49,223 bases of DNA from Elusimicrobiota bacterium. GTDB taxonomy: Bacteria > Elusimicrobiota > Endomicrobiia > CG1-02-37-114 > JAHJSO01. Shown here one piece after another: positions 46,835 through 49,223 of this stretch (its first letter is position 1; each line of letters opens with the position of its first letter). The notes under the pieces were generated by a model. The model was not told the origin of the DNA. It saw nothing but the letters and a program-made list of their open reading frames with translations, and made no database searches. The stretch lies in contig JBDRQF010000058.1 of assembly GCA_043826435.1 (NCBI GenBank), positions 1 to 49,223 of the forward strand. The letters run 5' to 3'. The position numbers were made by a program, and so were the translations under genes.

Positions 46835-49223
46835 CGATTTTTATTTCTTCATTGGTTAAGCCGTAAAGTTTATAAACCATCTGGTCAATTCGGTGCTCTA
46901 ATTCTTTGACTTTTCCCTGCTTGGTAAGATTATTAGGATAATCGTCATCTTTTGTCATTGCAAGAATCTTATCTACAAGGTCAATAAATGGTTTTTGTTC
47001 AGAGTCGGGAATTTTGGGAATGGGTAATAATTGAACCCATTCTTTTTTAAACTCAAAAGCAGCATTTCCTAAAAATGGTGCATAATATTTTTTTATTGCA
47101 TATGAACCCAGTTTTGAATTTAATATCGCTAATAAATATTTATTACATTCTTTACCTGTCATTATAAATACCTTAGCTAGGCAAAAGTATTTCTTTATAT
47201 CCCAAGTAAAACAGGAATTTTGAACAATTTCAGCCCACACAATTTTTTCTTTTTCAAAATCCTGGTAGTATGTCGCCGCACAACGTTGCAAAGCATACCA
47301 TTCATATCTTATTCCTGTTTCATCTTTATTTCTGCTTGATAATTCTTTTTTATATTGCTCTAAATGTTTATAGATAACCGGATATTGTTTTATAAAAACT
47401 TCTTCTGCTTTTTTAGATGCGCCTTGTATATTTTCATCTTTATGTAAAGGAAAATGCCATGGAATAAAAATTATCCACAATCCCTCCCATTTATAATAAT
47501 ATTTGCCGATATTTCTACCTCGCAAGATTGGTTTTAATATTTCAGCGGATTTTGGGTCTTCTTTACAGAGTCTTTCCTTTGTTTCATTGCCAATGATAAA
47601 TGCCTCATTGAATCCTGCTGTTATGCCACGGTAGATATTAACATCCCAATCTTTTAGTGGTGTGCCTATTTTTTCAATCTTCTTTTTCAGTGCCAGCACT
47701 TTATCATCTGCCAGTGTCCAGCCGGCGTCAGAGAGTTCGCCTTGCTTTATGGTCTGCCTTTTTTCCTGCACATACGCGGCAAGGTTTTCTCCAGTGAAAT
47801 CAGGGTCTATATTGACATACGGCAGGCAATAATCTTTTTGCGGTTCGCCTTTTTGAAAGAGGAGAATATTGGTATCCACTGTTGCATCAAAGACCTTATG
47901 TCCGCCAAAATCAATCAAGTTTATTATCTTGGTGTTTGCTTTGAAGAAGTTCCTCAGTTTCTCACCATATTTTGCCCGCATCCACTTATTGCTTGAGATA
48001 AAACATAATGTTCCATTAGTTTTCAAAACCTGATAACCTTTTTCATAAAAGTATGTATAAATATCAGAAGTAGAATTAAAAACCTCATATCTTTGAGTTT
48101 GCAATAATGGTTTTTGTTCTTTTATGTCTTCCTGTCTTATATACGGAGGATTGGCAATTACAATATCAAACCCATCTTTTATTCCAAACATCCATTCAGG
48201 GTCAAACCAATTGTTAGATTTATTCTGGTCATAAGGGTTAAAATCTGCTATTTTTTTGGCTATTTCTATACTTGGTTCTTTTCCGGGACTTTCAAGTTTT
48301 TTAAGTTCATTTTCACAAATGAATTTTCTTCTTTTTATTTCCTGCCTTTTTTGCTGTGTTTTATTTATCTCTTTTATTTCTTTTTCACCAAAAAGGTCAG
48401 GAATTTCTATTATTTCTATCTCATCCGGTTTACCTGCAAGGTTATCAAGTTCTTTATTTAATCTTTCTATTTCTATTTTTAATTCTTGAATTCTTTTTTT
48501 GTTTTTTATCTCTAAACTTCTCTGCATTGATTCAATCAAGGTTTCTTTTAGTTTTTTTTCTTTTTCTTCCAATTGTTTCTTTTTCCACCTGCTATTAGCA
48601 TAAAAGAAATCTTTGCGTATCTTAAACAGTTCTTTTATTATCTTTGAAACTTCGGAATCAAAAAGTTCTTCTGGTAATTTATCTAACCCAATCAAAGTAT
48701 TTGCGGCAACAAATTTTGTTTCAAGATTGGGTAAAGATTTAATATCGTTGTTAGGTTTATTGTCATCGGGTTCTTGTTCCACCAATAAAGATATAAAAAA
48801 ACGCAACTTGCTAATTTGAATGGCTATTTCTTGAATATCTACTCCATAAATGCAATGTTCAATTAATCCTAATTTACGAATATAATCAAGTGGTTTATTT
48901 TTTAATGATTGTTCGGTCTCTTCGCGTATTTCAACTGGAACTTTTTCAATTAATAATTTTTTCCAATAGCGGTTGTCTGAGTCAAGTTTATGCAAAATTA
49001 AAACTAATTTATGTAATATCCCCATTGGAAAAGCACCGCTACCGCAGGCAGGGTCAAGTATTTTTATTTTTTCAATAGCGCCAATAATTTTTTGAGTTGC
49101 TTCTTTTCCATTTTCAAATGGATTTGTTTCAATATTGTAATCTAATAAAGAACGAAGTTTATCTTCAAGGTCTTTAGTACTATCTGACAATGCGGTCTTT
49201 AAATAAGCAATAAGCGATTCATC
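46821..49223 (-). CDS. Type IIG / Eco57I-like restriction-modification protein (gamma-class N6-MTase plus TaqI-like TRD), 5' part outside the window
   Basis: ILDPACGSGAF, IYGVDIQ, LPNLETKF, FDIVIANPPY, DIYTYF, EKIVW...LNS; the frame stays open to 49223 (DESLIAYLKTAL). Confidence 0.92.
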   Translation of the reverse strand, partial: DESLIAYLKTALSDSTKDLEDKLRSLLDYNIETNPFENGKEATQKIIGAIEKIKILDPACGSGAFPMGILHKLVLILHKLDSDNRYWKKLLIEKVPVEIREETEQSLKNKPLDYIRKLGLIEHCIYGVDIQEIAIQISKLRFFISLLVEQEPDDNKPNNDIKSLPNLETKFVAANTLIGLDKLPEELFDSEVSKIIKELFKIRKDFFYANSRWKKKQLEEKEKKLKETLIESMQRSLEIKNKKRIQELKIEIERLNKELDNLAGKPDEIEIIEIPDLFGEKEIKEINKTQQKRQEIKRRKFICENELKKLESPGKEPSIEIAKKIADFNPYDQNKSNNWFDPEWMFGIKDGFDIVIANPPYIRQEDIKEQKPLLQTQRYEVFNSTSDIYTYFYEKGYQVLKTNGTLCFISSNKWMRAKYGEKLRNFFKANTKIINLIDFGGHKVFDATVDTNILLFQKGEPQKDYCLPYVNIDPDFTGENLAAYVQEKRQTIKQGELSDAGWTLADDKVLALKKKIEKIGTPLKDWDVNIYRGITAGFNEAFIIGNETKERLCKEDPKSAEILKPILRGRNIGKYYYKWEGLWIIFIPWHFPLHKDENIQGASKKAEEVFIKQYPVIYKHLEQYKKELSSRNKDETGIRYEWYALQRCAATYYQDFEKEKIVWAEIVQNSCFTWDIKKYFCLAKVFIMTGKECNKYLLAILNSKLGSYAIKKYYAPFLGNAAFEFKKEWVQLLPIPKIPDSEQKPFIDLVDKILAMTKDDDYPNNLTKQGKVKELEHRIDQMVYKLYGLTNEEIKIVEGA

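Overview
A bacterial chromosomal window in which every supported gene lies on the minus strand. The organism is probably a diderm anaerobe; an Elusimicrobiota-like lineage is a weak guess. The core (about 1.4-44.6 kb) is housekeeping: tilS-hpt-ftsH-folE-folP-cdaA-glmM-pdxJ-glmS-rplM-rpsI-acpS-nnrD, thiL-tsaE-tsaB, aconitase, proA-nadD-LCP-pilT-rsfS-argS, a K+ channel, accA, a class II aldolase, a NIL-ferredoxin/COG2122 pair, a V/A-type ATPase cluster lacking B and D, and thrC. Both ends are visibly AT-rich and carry partial DNA methyltransferase genes: a beta-class N4/N6 MTase on the left, and on the right a Type IIG/Eco57I-like enzyme followed by two unknown membrane proteins and decayed gene fragments. 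The most notable observations are: (1) a self-contained three-gene unit with a perfect sigma70 promoter, a Xis-like HTH ending in a QMSLL clamp-like motif, a KamA lysine 2,3-aminomutase, a very basic 73-aa tandem-repeat protein and a terminator; (2) an unannotated 27-aa mini-CdaR consisting only of the transmembrane anchor, between cdaA and glmM; (3) a 40-bp duplication that un-overlaps pdxJ and glmS, together with many short in-frame micro-duplications. No rRNA, tRNA, CRISPR array or intact transposase was seen. All calls come from motif recognition, with no database searches.
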